Assembly (NCBI GenBank): GCA_964430885.1
Contig: CAYSHM010000008.1
Location: 73,254-123,367, forward strand
Length of the DNA: 50,114 bases
Direction: 5' to 3'
From: an uncultured archaeon
GTDB lineage: Archaea; Thermoplasmatota; Penumbrarchaeia; JASLWR01
Shown: one piece after another, positions 8,609 to 18,742 of the stretch
How positions within the stretch are numbered: the stretch's first letter is position 1
How the letters are laid out: the number at the start of each line of letters is the position of its first letter
Notes under the pieces: generated by a model
What the model was told of the DNA's origin: nothing
What the model saw: the letters and a program-made list of their open reading frames with translations, nothing else
Database searches by the model: none
Translations under genes and position numbers: made by a program

Positions 8609-11600
8609 ATGAGTAATATGATCAAGACCGGTTTAAAACCGAGGAAATCCATCTGTATAGGTCTGATACTGCTGCTATTGATACCTGTATTAAATACAAT
8701 TTCAGGAAGCCCTGCCGAAGAGAAGCATACCGCCTATCCCGAGAGAAGCACAGGAGACACCTGGAACACAACTAAAATAATTCAAAGAGAGTTCGAACTG
8801 CCGCCTGGCGAAAGATATTATGTTTATTTCGATAATGTCACCGGTGATCTGGTTGAGGAGAGCTTCGATTATCTGGAAGAGGCCCTTCCCCAGTCTGCCC
8901 GGGATGCAGTAGCAAGAATGCCTGCTTGGCTTCAAAAGAATCTTACAAGAAAGTTCCTAGAGCTGGATTTCAACACGGCACACAAATACGGTCAGCTTAT
9001 CGTGGGGGTTAATGATGAGCGGTATCTCGATGAAGTTGGTTTTTCCATAGCCCATACAAGCACAAGAATGCTGCAGTCCAATCGTGTGATTCCTGAAGTT
9101 TTTGTCACCAATGCCCAGTATATATATGAAAATGACCCTCATCTTGATTATGTGGATATAGTGGAAATCGATGACCGCTATGTAGGCTCCTATACCACAC
9201 TCAATTATATTAATCAGACTGGTGTGCAGATACAGCTGCCTATGGAACTTTACTATTGGTTTGTTGTCCATCCCAAATTGAGTGATGAATATCCATCATT
9301 TGTAAACCCTGATGGCATCCAGGGTTCTCCGAATGAGTTTGAACAGCCTCCTGTGGGCAAGTTCTGGAGAGATTGGCTGTTCTATCACAATGATACCGGA
9401 TACCCTCTTTTAAAGGAGAGCGTCCAGAACTGTTCAAATGTATGGGAAGCCGTTGCAGCTGTGAGCGGTTGGGTCGTTGGAAGTATGGCTTTCACAAGCG
9501 ATAATGAGAGAGCTGTGGAACCTGTAAGGATATATCGGAAGCATATCGGAAGATGCGGGGAACATCAGGATATGGCCTGTGCGGCAGCAAGAGCTGCATT
9601 GATCCCCACCGTATGCACCTCCAATATGGCAGAGGATCACGTATGGAATGAATTCTGGGACGGTAGATGGGTCCATTGGGATGCGAACAGCTATAATAAT
9701 GTAGATCATCCGCTGGGACAGGATAAGGATTATCATGGCGGAAAGGACATATCTACTATATGGTCCTGGAGAGGGGATGGAAAGACCTGGTCTGTTACAG
9801 AGAAATATACACCGGTCTGTACCTACACTGCCAATGCGGTTGACAGCAATGGAAATCCTGTTGACGGTGCCGAGATCATGGTCTGCACCGAGTTTTATTA
9901 TGATCATAATCAGCTGACAATGACAACATACGGATGCACCGACGCACAGGGTCAAGTGGAGATCCCCCTGGGCAATGTCAGGAACTACTGGTCATCCGCA
10001 GACAGCGCCCTGGGAGAAGACCCCGCCGATCAAGGAGGCGGAGAAAGGGTGACCCAGGTTATAACCGGTGCCCAGACCGATCAATCCTACAGCCATACAT
10101 TCCACCTCCCTAGTGCCCTGCCAACGCCGGATTATACTATTGAACGAACCAACCCGGCAATATCTGACGATATTCAAATGGATATCAGCTACAGGGTTAC
10201 GGAAAGTGTTCATATAGGGACCAGCATGCTCACAAGGGAGAAATATTTTGATCGCGAGCTGAATGACAATACCGTAGATGCATTCATTGTGAATGCAACC
10301 CAATTCGAGAACTATACCCTGGGAAACCCATTTAAAGCGATGAAAGCAAATGAGAACGGCAATTACGAGAACATGACCCATATGACCTCCATGAAAGACC
10401 GCTGTTTTCTGGTTCTATCTAATGAGGACAAGGTGTCTACCATAAAACGGGTCAATATTACCATTGAATTGAAAAAACGGCACAACACCTGCATACTTTC
10501 GCCCTCTGAGGGTGATGATTTCCTATTGAACACACCAATTGTAATAAGGGGCAGTTCCATTAGTTCAAGGGACATAGAAGGAGTAGAGATCAGCTTCATT
10601 GATGACATCTGGCACCCGGCTCAGGATATTACCCCGGCCGGTACTCCTGATTGGCTGAACTGGGAATATGTCTGGCAAGCAGCGGATTATGCTCCGGGAT
10701 CATATAATATCAAGGTAAGATCTTATGATGACCACACCGAATCCATTAGTTCTATCAATATCACTCTAATCGATGATATTCCTCCGATCCTGCAGATATC
10801 AACTCCAGATAACCTCAGCGTATTTAGAATAGGTGAGGTAATATTGTTCAGCGGTTTATTGGCTGAGAATGATATTATTGAATCCATGACTATTGAGATC
10901 GGCAATTCGGACCCTGTTGAAATACCCTTTGATGTAAATAACACCAACTGGTCCTATGTATGGAACACGCTGAATGAAAATCCCGGCACCTATACTGTCT
11001 CGGTGGAAGCTTCGGATAGGGGTGGGAACCTGGTCAAATTGGGATTGGAAATTGAATTGGTTGAGGGAAATCCACCAGTTATCACCTTCACCGATCCTGA
11101 AAACGGCAGTTTCTTCAAGGGAAGTGAGGAGTTGGAACTGGAAGGGGATTATTCTGATATCAGCGGTGTTGTGAAAATTGAGGTGGCCATAGACGGGGAT
11201 CTCGCGGGACCCTTCAGCGTGACCCGATTCTCACCTGATAAAGGTTGGTTCCTGGATCTGGAATTGGATGAGCTTGATCTCCCCGAGGGTGTCCAAAACA
11301 TCACTGTAACCGCCTGGGACCTCCATGGAAATGTCGGAACCGCTAACCTGACCATTCTCATAGACATGACAGAACCTCAGGTTATGATCACTGATCCCAT
11401 CAACAACAGCAGGATGGATGCAGGCACAGGTTTTATCGATTTCAATTTCACTCTTTCGGAAGAATATTCCCTGGAGCAGATCATAATGATTGTGGATAAT
11501 TATCATTCCCTGGACCTAACCGGTAGTATAGACGAATTATCCGAGCTTCAGCATTATAAATTAGCCATTGAGAACATCACTGTGCTGGACCTATCCTCCG

Positions 11601-12649
11601 GATGGCACTCTTTCATGATATCCGCCAGGGATATGGCCGGTCATTGGGGACATTCCCAAAGATTCGATATCCTATTGGACTCGAACTATCCAGCACTGGA
11701 AATTGAGGAAGAAACAAAGAAAATCTTTATGGTCGGAGATATCATATGGATAAATGGTACTTCTGAAGATGATAATCTAGGCAGTTCACTCTATTATTAT
11801 ATTGCAGGCGGCAATCCCAAGGATCTCATCGATATAAGTTCATACATTGAGGGTACGGATTGGTCCATCAGTATTGATACTTCCGATCTTGAAGCAGGAG
11901 ATCTGGAACTGGTTTTCAGGACCGTTGATATACTGGATAAATGGACTGAGTCCAATATCAGCTTCGAACTAATTGATGGGAACACCGACAGCGATTTGGA
12001 CGGAATGCCCGATTGGTGGGAGATCAAATTCGGCCTCCAGAGGGATGTGGATGATGCAGAGGACGATAAGGATAATGACGGTACAAGCAACCTTTATGAG
12101 TACCTTGGTGCTGACGGGACTCCAGGAAATAATGACTGGACCGATCCTTCTGACCGAAGATCATATCCTCTCCCGGAATCAAAGGAGAGCGAAACTTCCG
12201 ACAGCAATTTCCTAATTTGGATAATCTTGGGTGTGATTATCCTAGTTTTCCTGTTGTTGATCGCCTTTATCCTTGTTATGAAAAGAAGGAGTAAAGAAGG
12301 AGAAGAGGATCTTGATGGGGAATTCGATGATGATTATCAATTCGCTCCCGAACAGCAGTACCCTCCGGCCGAATCGGACCTTCCATCAATCATGGACCAT
12401 GGACCAGTGATAAAAGAATCAAACTTAGAAGGAACACAGACAATACCTCCCGCTGAGGCCCAAGCAGATAACCTAGGACAGAATGAGAAAAGGGATGTGG
12501 CGGGCTCGAATATGGAAGAAGATACGCTTTCTAGTCCCGATCCCAGCGGAAATAAAACGGCACCGCCCATAGCACCAAAACCTCCTACAACACCAGCACT
12601 GCCTAAAGCACCCTCTGCTAAAAGGACTCCGCCGCCGCCTCCAAATTGA
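8609..12649 (+). CDS. Membrane-anchored transglutaminase-like (PNGase-type core) protein with Ig-like domains, Ca-binding DxDxDG repeats, TM and Pro-rich tail
   Basis: Signal peptide; C-H-D triad in GRCGE / EDHVWNE / RWVHWD; repeated Ig-like P-I-I-xP-x(n)-V-A-D-x-GN units; DSDLDGMPDWWE; TM followed by KRR. ATG 8609 follows AAGGTGA (track start GTG 8600 lies within the SD). Confidence 0.85.
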   Translation: MSNMIKTGLKPRKSICIGLILLLLIPVLNTISGSPAEEKHTAYPERSTGDTWNTTKIIQREFELPPGERYYVYFDNVTGDLVEESFDYLEEALPQSARDAVARMPAWLQKNLTRKFLELDFNTAHKYGQLIVGVNDERYLDEVGFSIAHTSTRMLQSNRVIPEVFVTNAQYIYENDPHLDYVDIVEIDDRYVGSYTTLNYINQTGVQIQLPMELYYWFVVHPKLSDEYPSFVNPDGIQGSPNEFEQPPVGKFWRDWLFYHNDTGYPLLKESVQNCSNVWEAVAAVSGWVVGSMAFTSDNERAVEPVRIYRKHIGRCGEHQDMACAAARAALIPTVCTSNMAEDHVWNEFWDGRWVHWDANSYNNVDHPLGQDKDYHGGKDISTIWSWRGDGKTWSVTEKYTPVCTYTANAVDSNGNPVDGAEIMVCTEFYYDHNQLTMTTYGCTDAQGQVEIPLGNVRNYWSSADSALGEDPADQGGGERVTQVITGAQTDQSYSHTFHLPSALPTPDYTIERTNPAISDDIQMDISYRVTESVHIGTSMLTREKYFDRELNDNTVDAFIVNATQFENYTLGNPFKAMKANENGNYENMTHMTSMKDRCFLVLSNEDKVSTIKRVNITIELKKRHNTCILSPSEGDDFLLNTPIVIRGSSISSRDIEGVEISFIDDIWHPAQDITPAGTPDWLNWEYVWQAADYAPGSYNIKVRSYDDHTESISSINITLIDDIPPILQISTPDNLSVFRIGEVILFSGLLAENDIIESMTIEIGNSDPVEIPFDVNNTNWSYVWNTLNENPGTYTVSVEASDRGGNLVKLGLEIELVEGNPPVITFTDPENGSFFKGSEELELEGDYSDISGVVKIEVAIDGDLAGPFSVTRFSPDKGWFLDLELDELDLPEGVQNITVTAWDLHGNVGTANLTILIDMTEPQVMITDPINNSRMDAGTGFIDFNFTLSEEYSLEQIIMIVDNYHSLDLTGSIDELSELQHYKLAIENITVLDLSSGWHSFMISARDMAGHWGHSQRFDILLDSNYPALEIEEETKKIFMVGDIIWINGTSEDDNLGSSLYYYIAGGNPKDLIDISSYIEGTDWSISIDTSDLEAGDLELVFRTVDILDKWTESNISFELIDGNTDSDLDGMPDWWEIKFGLQRDVDDAEDDKDNDGTSNLYEYLGADGTPGNNDWTDPSDRRSYPLPESKESETSDSNFLIWIILGVIILVFLLLIAFILVMKRRSKEGEEDLDGEFDDDYQFAPEQQYPPAESDLPSIMDHGPVIKESNLEGTQTIPPAEAQADNLGQNEKRDVAGSNMEEDTLSSPDPSGNKTAPPIAPKPPTTPALPKAPSAKRTPPPPPN

Positions 12650-12824
12650 CTTCAAAACTGAACTTATATAATCATAATTGCACATTTCGGGAAAAAACGT
12701 TAAAAACATCCTTTTATATTTAGGTTGAAAAATCCCTCTGCAAATTTGGGTTTTAGATAATATAATAGTGGATAACTGCTTTATAATTGCATATTAATAA
12801 TAATAATAAAAGGAGACGCAGGGA

Positions 12825-13118
12825 ATGGAGATCGAAAAAGTAGATAAATCAAATAAAGAGATTGTGATCAAGCTCAAAGATATGGACGAAGGTCTGTTGA
12901 TAGCTTTTAGGGAGAGGCTTTTGGAGGATGAGAAGGTATCATTTACAAATTATTACAGACGGCATCCTATTCTGGATGAACCGGAGCTTGTGGTGAGGAT
13001 AGCATCCGGAAAACCCCAGGCAGCATTAAAACGCGCATCAAAATCACTGGCAAATGACTATGGCAATCTTAAGAAACTTCTCAGCAAGGCCTGTGCCAAA
13101 TATGAAGCCGGAGATTGA
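12825..13118 (+). CDS. rpoL: DNA-directed RNA polymerase subunit L (Rpo11)
   Basis: 97 aa; LLEDEKVSFTNYYRRHPILDEPELVVR..GKPQAALKRA. The usual DHT motif is degenerate (DEG). Confidence 0.85.
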   Translation: MEIEKVDKSNKEIVIKLKDMDEGLLIAFRERLLEDEKVSFTNYYRRHPILDEPELVVRIASGKPQAALKRASKSLANDYGNLKKLLSKACAKYEAGD

Positions 13119-14400
13119 AGCATCCACAGGAATCGAGAAATATCTAAGCTCTTGTAAAGGTATAGGAGGGCGTCTGAAGAAGAGCCCTGATGATTTTATT
13201 GTGTCTGAAATACCATTGGACCTGTACAGTGATCCCGAAGGTGAATATTCCCTTGCTCTGGTCAGGACCAGAAACTGGGAAAACAACCGATTGATCGACC
13301 ACCTATCAAATGTCCTTGGGATACCCCGAAGAGAGATCAATTTTGCGGGTACCAAGGATAAAAGAGCTGTGAGTTCACAGGTAATTTCTTTCCGGGTCAA
13401 ACCTGAAGCCCTTCAGGATTTGGAACTGAAGGACATTGAAATAGAATACATTCATTCTACAAACAAGAAATTGACCCTCGGAGACCTCTCAGGCAATTCA
13501 TTTGACATCACTATAAGAGACATTACAGTAAGCCAGTCTGAAAGTGAAAAAATAATCCAAGAGGTCTTGGAGACAATCCGGAATCGAGGCGGTTTTCTAA
13601 ATTATTTCGGCATACAGCGTTTTGGTGCCGTACGGCCTATAACGCATGCAGTCGGTAAGAACATCATTATGTCCGATTTTGAAAAAGCGGTGATGACTTA
13701 TGTGGCCAATCCCATAGAAGGTGAGAATCCAGAATCCTACGGTATCAGAAAAGAGCTTGAGGAAACTCGGAATTGGACTAAGGCCATATTCGAATATTCA
13801 TCTTATTTTTCCTTCGAAAGAAGAATGCTTGAAAGACTTGTAAAGAAGAACGATGACTTCATCGGTGCAATAAAAAGCATACCTCTGAACCTCCAAATGA
13901 TGTTCATTCATTCTTACCAGTCATTCCTTTTCAACTCAATCATCACAAAACGCCTGGATATGGGAATGGACCCCCATAAGGCAGTGGTAGGCGACATCAT
14001 ATTCCCTTCCGATTCCAAAGGTCACCCCGACCGAAGAAGGCCCATCCCAGTTACTGAATACAACCTTGCCAAGGTTCAAGACAAAATCGATCTAGGAAAG
14101 GCATTTATTTCCGCACCCTTGATAGGATGTGAAACCGAGTACTCATTGGGAGTTCCCGGGGAGATAGAGAGATCCATAATGGAAGGAGAAGGGGTTAAAA
14201 GGAAAGATTTCTTTATACCTGATATCCCCCGATTGAGCTCAAAGGGAACAAGAAGAGAGATCATAGCTCCATTAAAGAATTTCAGCCACGAAATATACGA
14301 TACATATGTCAATATGAAATTCGACCTCTATAAGGGATGTTATGCCACCTCGCTATTGAGAGAGTTCATGAAATCCGAAGATGTTAAGAATTACGGATAG
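13102..14400 (+). CDS. truD: tRNA pseudouridine(13) synthase TruD
   Basis: GGRLKKSPDDFIVSEI, catalytic FAGTKDKRAV, GNSFDITIR, NYFGIQRFG, HSYQSFLFN, KGCYATSLLREFMK. Likely ATG 13102, overlapping the end of rpoL by 17 bp. Confidence 0.96.
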   Translation: MKPEIEASTGIEKYLSSCKGIGGRLKKSPDDFIVSEIPLDLYSDPEGEYSLALVRTRNWENNRLIDHLSNVLGIPRREINFAGTKDKRAVSSQVISFRVKPEALQDLELKDIEIEYIHSTNKKLTLGDLSGNSFDITIRDITVSQSESEKIIQEVLETIRNRGGFLNYFGIQRFGAVRPITHAVGKNIIMSDFEKAVMTYVANPIEGENPESYGIRKELEETRNWTKAIFEYSSYFSFERRMLERLVKKNDDFIGAIKSIPLNLQMMFIHSYQSFLFNSIITKRLDMGMDPHKAVVGDIIFPSDSKGHPDRRRPIPVTEYNLAKVQDKIDLGKAFISAPLIGCETEYSLGVPGEIERSIMEGEGVKRKDFFIPDIPRLSSKGTRREIIAPLKNFSHEIYDTYVNMKFDLYKGCYATSLLREFMKSEDVKNYG

Positions 14401-14504
14401 AATTCACCAATATTGAACCGGGTTTTCTAGAGCAAGGGGAGAATATTTCTTATAGGCCATGACAATAAAAAATATAACCTTGAATGTAAAATCTAAAAAC
14501 CAAG

Positions 14505-14581
14505 AAAAAAAATTATAATGGACCAGTCGTAAACTGATCCATTTTTATATGCCCCGCCAGATTTCAACAGAATACTGACGG
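14505..14581 (-). terminator. Tandem hairpins + U-tract downstream of satP
   Basis: Minus strand: CCGUCAG..CUGGCGG (14554-14581), then AAUGGAUCAGU-UUACG-ACUGGUCCAUU (14517-14543), then AUAAUUUUUUUU. The stem mismatches are G-U pairs only on the minus strand. Confidence 0.65.
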
Positions 14582-14621
14582 ACCCATCTATATTCAATAC
14601 TCATATCACCTTTGTATAAAT

Positions 14622-15218
14622 TTACTCGATTGGTTCCTCTTTTTTAACAGGACCGAGGGGCATAATGGTCTTCCCGTACATTTCGTTCAGGACCATGGCC
14701 AATGCAGTATATATTGCTGCAAAGCCGCAGAAGATGCCCTCATATCCTGCGATCTCATGGACAACATCAATGTGGTTGCCCACGGCCAAGAGGAAGAATA
14801 ATAGCGCCAATGAAGCAAATACTATCTGTAAAGCCCTATTGATTCTAAGAGTTCCTACGAACATAACTCCCGTAAACAGCCCCCACATAATCAGATAAGC
14901 TGTTAATGCACCCTTTTCCGGTGTCCAAGCGGTCCACTGTTCAAGAAGAAGCAGACCCACAAGGGTAAGCCAGAACAAACCGTAGGAAGTGAAAGCGGTA
15001 AGACCGAAGGTATTACCCTTTTTCCATTCCATGAGCCCTGCAATTATCTGCGCTATACCACCATAGAAAACACCCATGGCCAGAATCATACTGCCCAATT
15101 CATAGAAACCTGCATTATGAATGTTAAGCAGTACGGTCGTCATACCGAATCCCATCAATCCAAGAGGAGCGGGATTTGCTGTCAGGTCCATCACATTAGC
15201 TGTAACCTTTTCTTCCAT
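14622..15218 (-). CDS. satP: Acetate uptake transporter SatP (GPR1/FUN34/YaaH family)
   Basis: Signature [49 protein letters not shown] 15218 follows AAAGGTGA. Confidence 0.95.
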   Translation of the reverse strand: MEEKVTANVMDLTANPAPLGLMGFGMTTVLLNIHNAGFYELGSMILAMGVFYGGIAQIIAGLMEWKKGNTFGLTAFTSYGLFWLTLVGLLLLEQWTAWTPEKGALTAYLIMWGLFTGVMFVGTLRINRALQIVFASLALLFFLLAVGNHIDVVHEIAGYEGIFCGFAAIYTALAMVLNEMYGKTIMPLGPVKKEEPIE

Positions 15219-15490
15219 ATCATCACCTTTGTAAGGACAATACATGATATCCCATTCCATACTGAAAGATATCTGAACTGCCCTCTTTAATATCTCCAAT
15301 AATCTCACACATCAATTATTTTCATGGAATATAACAAACGTAAACCGCCCTAATATGATATAACAGTTGCGCTTCATTTGATACATTGTTTTTCAAAACT
15401 AAATTCACATGTTGACTGCACAAATTGGCATAACTTTAATATAATTACGGACCAATGGTGCGGAAGTGCATATTTCCCGGAGGTGAAATA

Positions 15491-17854
15491 TTGAACCCCA
15501 AATTGAAAATGGGAATTTCTTCTATGATTAATAGAAAAATCAATTACCGCAGATCCATATCATCAATAATCATACTATCGCTTTACCTGATAAGCATCCT
15601 TTCCATTGGTTTCTTTTACATTAACAGTAATTCCAATGAAGTAGATCCCATTAACTCATCGATCTTACCTGTTCTTGAGACTGGAAATCGGGAAATGGAG
15701 CATAATAACCGAGGTGATATCGCTATCCAGAGCATAACCCTGGAGCCCGATACCATATACCGGAACCAGACTGTTCTCATCAAGGTAGCCTGCGAGGACA
15801 GCGGAGGATTCCCAATTGAAGATTCGTTCTCGTGCAACATTTCCCATTCCCTTACCCAGGCTGAGAAGGACTGGACACTTCTTAATACACAGTACAATAC
15901 TGAGGATTCCACATTCCGGGCTGTTTTCAATACCGATCATAATTCGGTCAAAGGGGAGCATTATTTCCAGGCAAAGGTCACCAACAGAACTTCAGGAGCA
16001 AGCCAGACTAGCTCCATCTCCACGCTGCAGGTCCTGAACAATCCTCCGAGGGTTTTTGTCAACGCCAGCGGAAAGAGGGTAGTGGGAGAGGAACTGAAAC
16101 TCACCGGAGAGGGCAGTTTCGATCTTGACGGGAATATCAGTTCATACAGATGGAAGATAAACGGTCAAAGCGTTAATGAATCGGGTTCAAAGTGGCCTTA
16201 TAAGGTAAAAGCCGAGGACGAAGGCGACTTCAGCATCACCCTGACAGTGACCGATGACGAAGGTGCATCCAGAAGCGACACTATCACCATGGTTATTGAA
16301 AAGAATACCGCAATAGCTGGAGAGGTTACAAAGATCGAAGAAGGGGAGACTCAGCAATCATCAATCGCAGATAAAGAGGTATTCAAGGGAGGCGTTAACT
16401 TCCAGGGTCATTTCATAGACAAACTTGGATTCAACAAGATCACCGCAGTGATAAAAAAGGCCTCCCTGGCTGATGATCCCGGTGCCGAGAAGAAAATGGA
16501 TATAAATGTAACTCTAACGGCATCTGAAAGAAAGGGGCTGAGGATCTGGAGGGAAATCAACCATTCCTTTGATGGTATGAACACCTACTGGTCGTTTGAA
16601 CTCGACTCTGAAGATATTTCCGATGGAGAATATGTACTTTTTATAACTGCTGAAAGCCCTGGAATGTCCAAATCCCAAAGCGTGACCTTTAAAGTAGACA
16701 ATGTCCCGCCTCCAAAGGAGACCCATGCCCTGGCATTCATGTTCATCGCCCTGGGGATTTTCCTAATCATAGGACTTATAACCTTCCTGATCGTAAGGAA
16801 GAAAAAGAACAATATCAGACAGAAACTGCTTGATATAGGATATGAATCCAAGGAGGTTTACAAGTATGTACCTCTTCCGTCCTACATATGTTTGTTCATT
16901 TCCCTGGCAGGCATCATTTTCGCCTCCATCGCGCTGATTTTGATGATGAGCAGTTGGCTCTGGGGTATATTGGTCCTTCTCATACTGGGATTGAGCGGTA
17001 TGTTCGCCTTTATGGTCTTCACCGGAAGGTCATTTCCCTTACTGATAATAGGCTGTTTAATTTCAATCGGAACCGGTTTCGGCTATTTCTTCTCAATGCT
17101 TGATGAGTATCCGTGGGCCCTAACCTCACTTATCATACTCATATTCATTGCTGTTCTGGAAATGCTCTGCTTCTTACTTTTCAACAGAAATTATGTGCTG
17201 ATGTTCCAGAACCGGGTGGAGAACACCACATCCGTGGGAACCAACTATACCCTGAACGTTTTCGACCTCTACAGGGATCATGAAGCGGAAAGGAAGAGGA
17301 ATGAAAGAATGTTCGGCAGTTCAGCCTCCTTCATCGCTTCCACCATGTCCGCCCAGGTATCATTAGTATCCAACATGGGATTGGGTGGAGGCCGGGCACC
17401 TAAAGGTCAGAAATCACCCAAGGGACCCGCGCAGCCAAAAGGACCCAGCAAACCCGGAGCAAAGAAAGGTCCAAAAGGCCCTTCCCAGCCAAAGGGTCCT
17501 GCAGCACCCAAGGGTAAACAGGTACCCGAATGGAAGAAAAAGATCTATCGGGCCTATGTATTCGGAAAGATATCCTATACAAAATACACCAATGATGAAG
17601 TGAAGATCGGTGTTTTCGATGTGGATGACTGGAAGGCTGATAAAAAAGTTGCCCATATACTTCTGGGTGAATTCATAAAACTGATGAACAAGAAAGAATT
17701 CGATAAGAAGTTTGCATCATTGGTCAGGATAAAATTGCTTACCACTGATTCCAATTACCGTTACAAGGAGGGTGCTCTAAAGAAAAGAAAATTCCGACCC
17801 GATGAGGAAAAAAGCACCTCTAACCAGAAACTCTTCAAATTGGAAATAAAATGA
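15491..17854 (+). CDS. PKD/Ig-like ectodomain membrane protein with 5 further TM helices, PKG-rich linker and a basic cytoplasmic domain
   Basis: NNPP..GEGSFDLDGNISSYRW..ITLTVTDDEGA (PKD); N-terminal anchor plus 5 hydrophobic segments; repeated PKG motifs. TTG 15491 follows GGAGGTGA. Confidence 0.8.
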   Translation: MNPKLKMGISSMINRKINYRRSISSIIILSLYLISILSIGFFYINSNSNEVDPINSSILPVLETGNREMEHNNRGDIAIQSITLEPDTIYRNQTVLIKVACEDSGGFPIEDSFSCNISHSLTQAEKDWTLLNTQYNTEDSTFRAVFNTDHNSVKGEHYFQAKVTNRTSGASQTSSISTLQVLNNPPRVFVNASGKRVVGEELKLTGEGSFDLDGNISSYRWKINGQSVNESGSKWPYKVKAEDEGDFSITLTVTDDEGASRSDTITMVIEKNTAIAGEVTKIEEGETQQSSIADKEVFKGGVNFQGHFIDKLGFNKITAVIKKASLADDPGAEKKMDINVTLTASERKGLRIWREINHSFDGMNTYWSFELDSEDISDGEYVLFITAESPGMSKSQSVTFKVDNVPPPKETHALAFMFIALGIFLIIGLITFLIVRKKKNNIRQKLLDIGYESKEVYKYVPLPSYICLFISLAGIIFASIALILMMSSWLWGILVLLILGLSGMFAFMVFTGRSFPLLIIGCLISIGTGFGYFFSMLDEYPWALTSLIILIFIAVLEMLCFLLFNRNYVLMFQNRVENTTSVGTNYTLNVFDLYRDHEAERKRNERMFGSSASFIASTMSAQVSLVSNMGLGGGRAPKGQKSPKGPAQPKGPSKPGAKKGPKGPSQPKGPAAPKGKQVPEWKKKIYRAYVFGKISYTKYTNDEVKIGVFDVDDWKADKKVAHILLGEFIKLMNKKEFDKKFASLVRIKLLTTDSNYRYKEGALKKRKFRPDEEKSTSNQKLFKLEIK

Positions 17855-17921
17855 TATAAATATCGATAATTACAAGTTCCGCCAGTAATATTTCGGCCAA
17901 CTTCTGATAAGGAGGATTTAG

Positions 17922-18566
17922 ATGTCCAAAGTCAGTCCTGATAAGAAATGGGAAAAAGAATTGAAAAGCTTGATAGATACCCAGGTCAAGGACCTGACCT
18001 CCCTCATCGATAAGAAGGAGAAGAAGATCAAAGAGGAAATGGACATCATAAACAGTATCCAGGATGTTGTTATTGCTAGATTGGAAACTGTAAAAAAAAT
18101 GATCACGCCCGATAAGAAACTAGGTCCCAAATCGGATCCTACCATAGATATCCGTCCCCATAAACCCCCTGAAGAAAAATCCGAACAAGGAACTGGATTT
18201 ATCAATAAACCTATCATCAAACCTGATGGTTATCCGCGTGAGTACGAGATAGAAATGGTAATGCCGGCCTTGAACGATGTTACAGAGGTAAATCTGCTGT
18301 TCAGAACAATTATCCGATCGCAGAAGATCCGGAACCAGGATGATCCTAAATTAACCCTTTTTCTCAGAGCATATCATAAATATCCCGAGTCCCAGCTTGA
18401 TCAGAAAGGATTTCTGGAAATGCCCTACAAGAAAGCCGATACCAAGACAGTTGATGATTTTGTGAAGGTGAGGGTATTGAACTTTGTCAAAAGTTGGTAC
18501 ACCAGAAGAATCGCCTTTGAGGTGGACAAGGAAAGAGAATACAAGATGATTATACATGTGAAATAG
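17922..18566 (+). CDS. Hypothetical protein with N-terminal coiled coil
   Basis: 214-aa ORF with AGGAGG SD; heptad-like ELKSLIDTQVKDLTSLIDKKEKKIKEE. Confidence 0.75.
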   Translation: MSKVSPDKKWEKELKSLIDTQVKDLTSLIDKKEKKIKEEMDIINSIQDVVIARLETVKKMITPDKKLGPKSDPTIDIRPHKPPEEKSEQGTGFINKPIIKPDGYPREYEIEMVMPALNDVTEVNLLFRTIIRSQKIRNQDDPKLTLFLRAYHKYPESQLDQKGFLEMPYKKADTKTVDDFVKVRVLNFVKSWYTRRIAFEVDKEREYKMIIHVK

Positions 18567-18742
18567 AACTCAAAAGAACCGAGGCTGCTATCAATAATAA
18601 TTCCCATGTAAATCCTCAATTTCGAATAGGCATTCTGGGTGATACTCGGAGTTAATTAATCTGAACATTCAGCAGTGTATAAACTCCTCCAGAGGATATT
18701 AATCCATAATCCTTATAATTCATTCAATCACTTACCGGAGTA

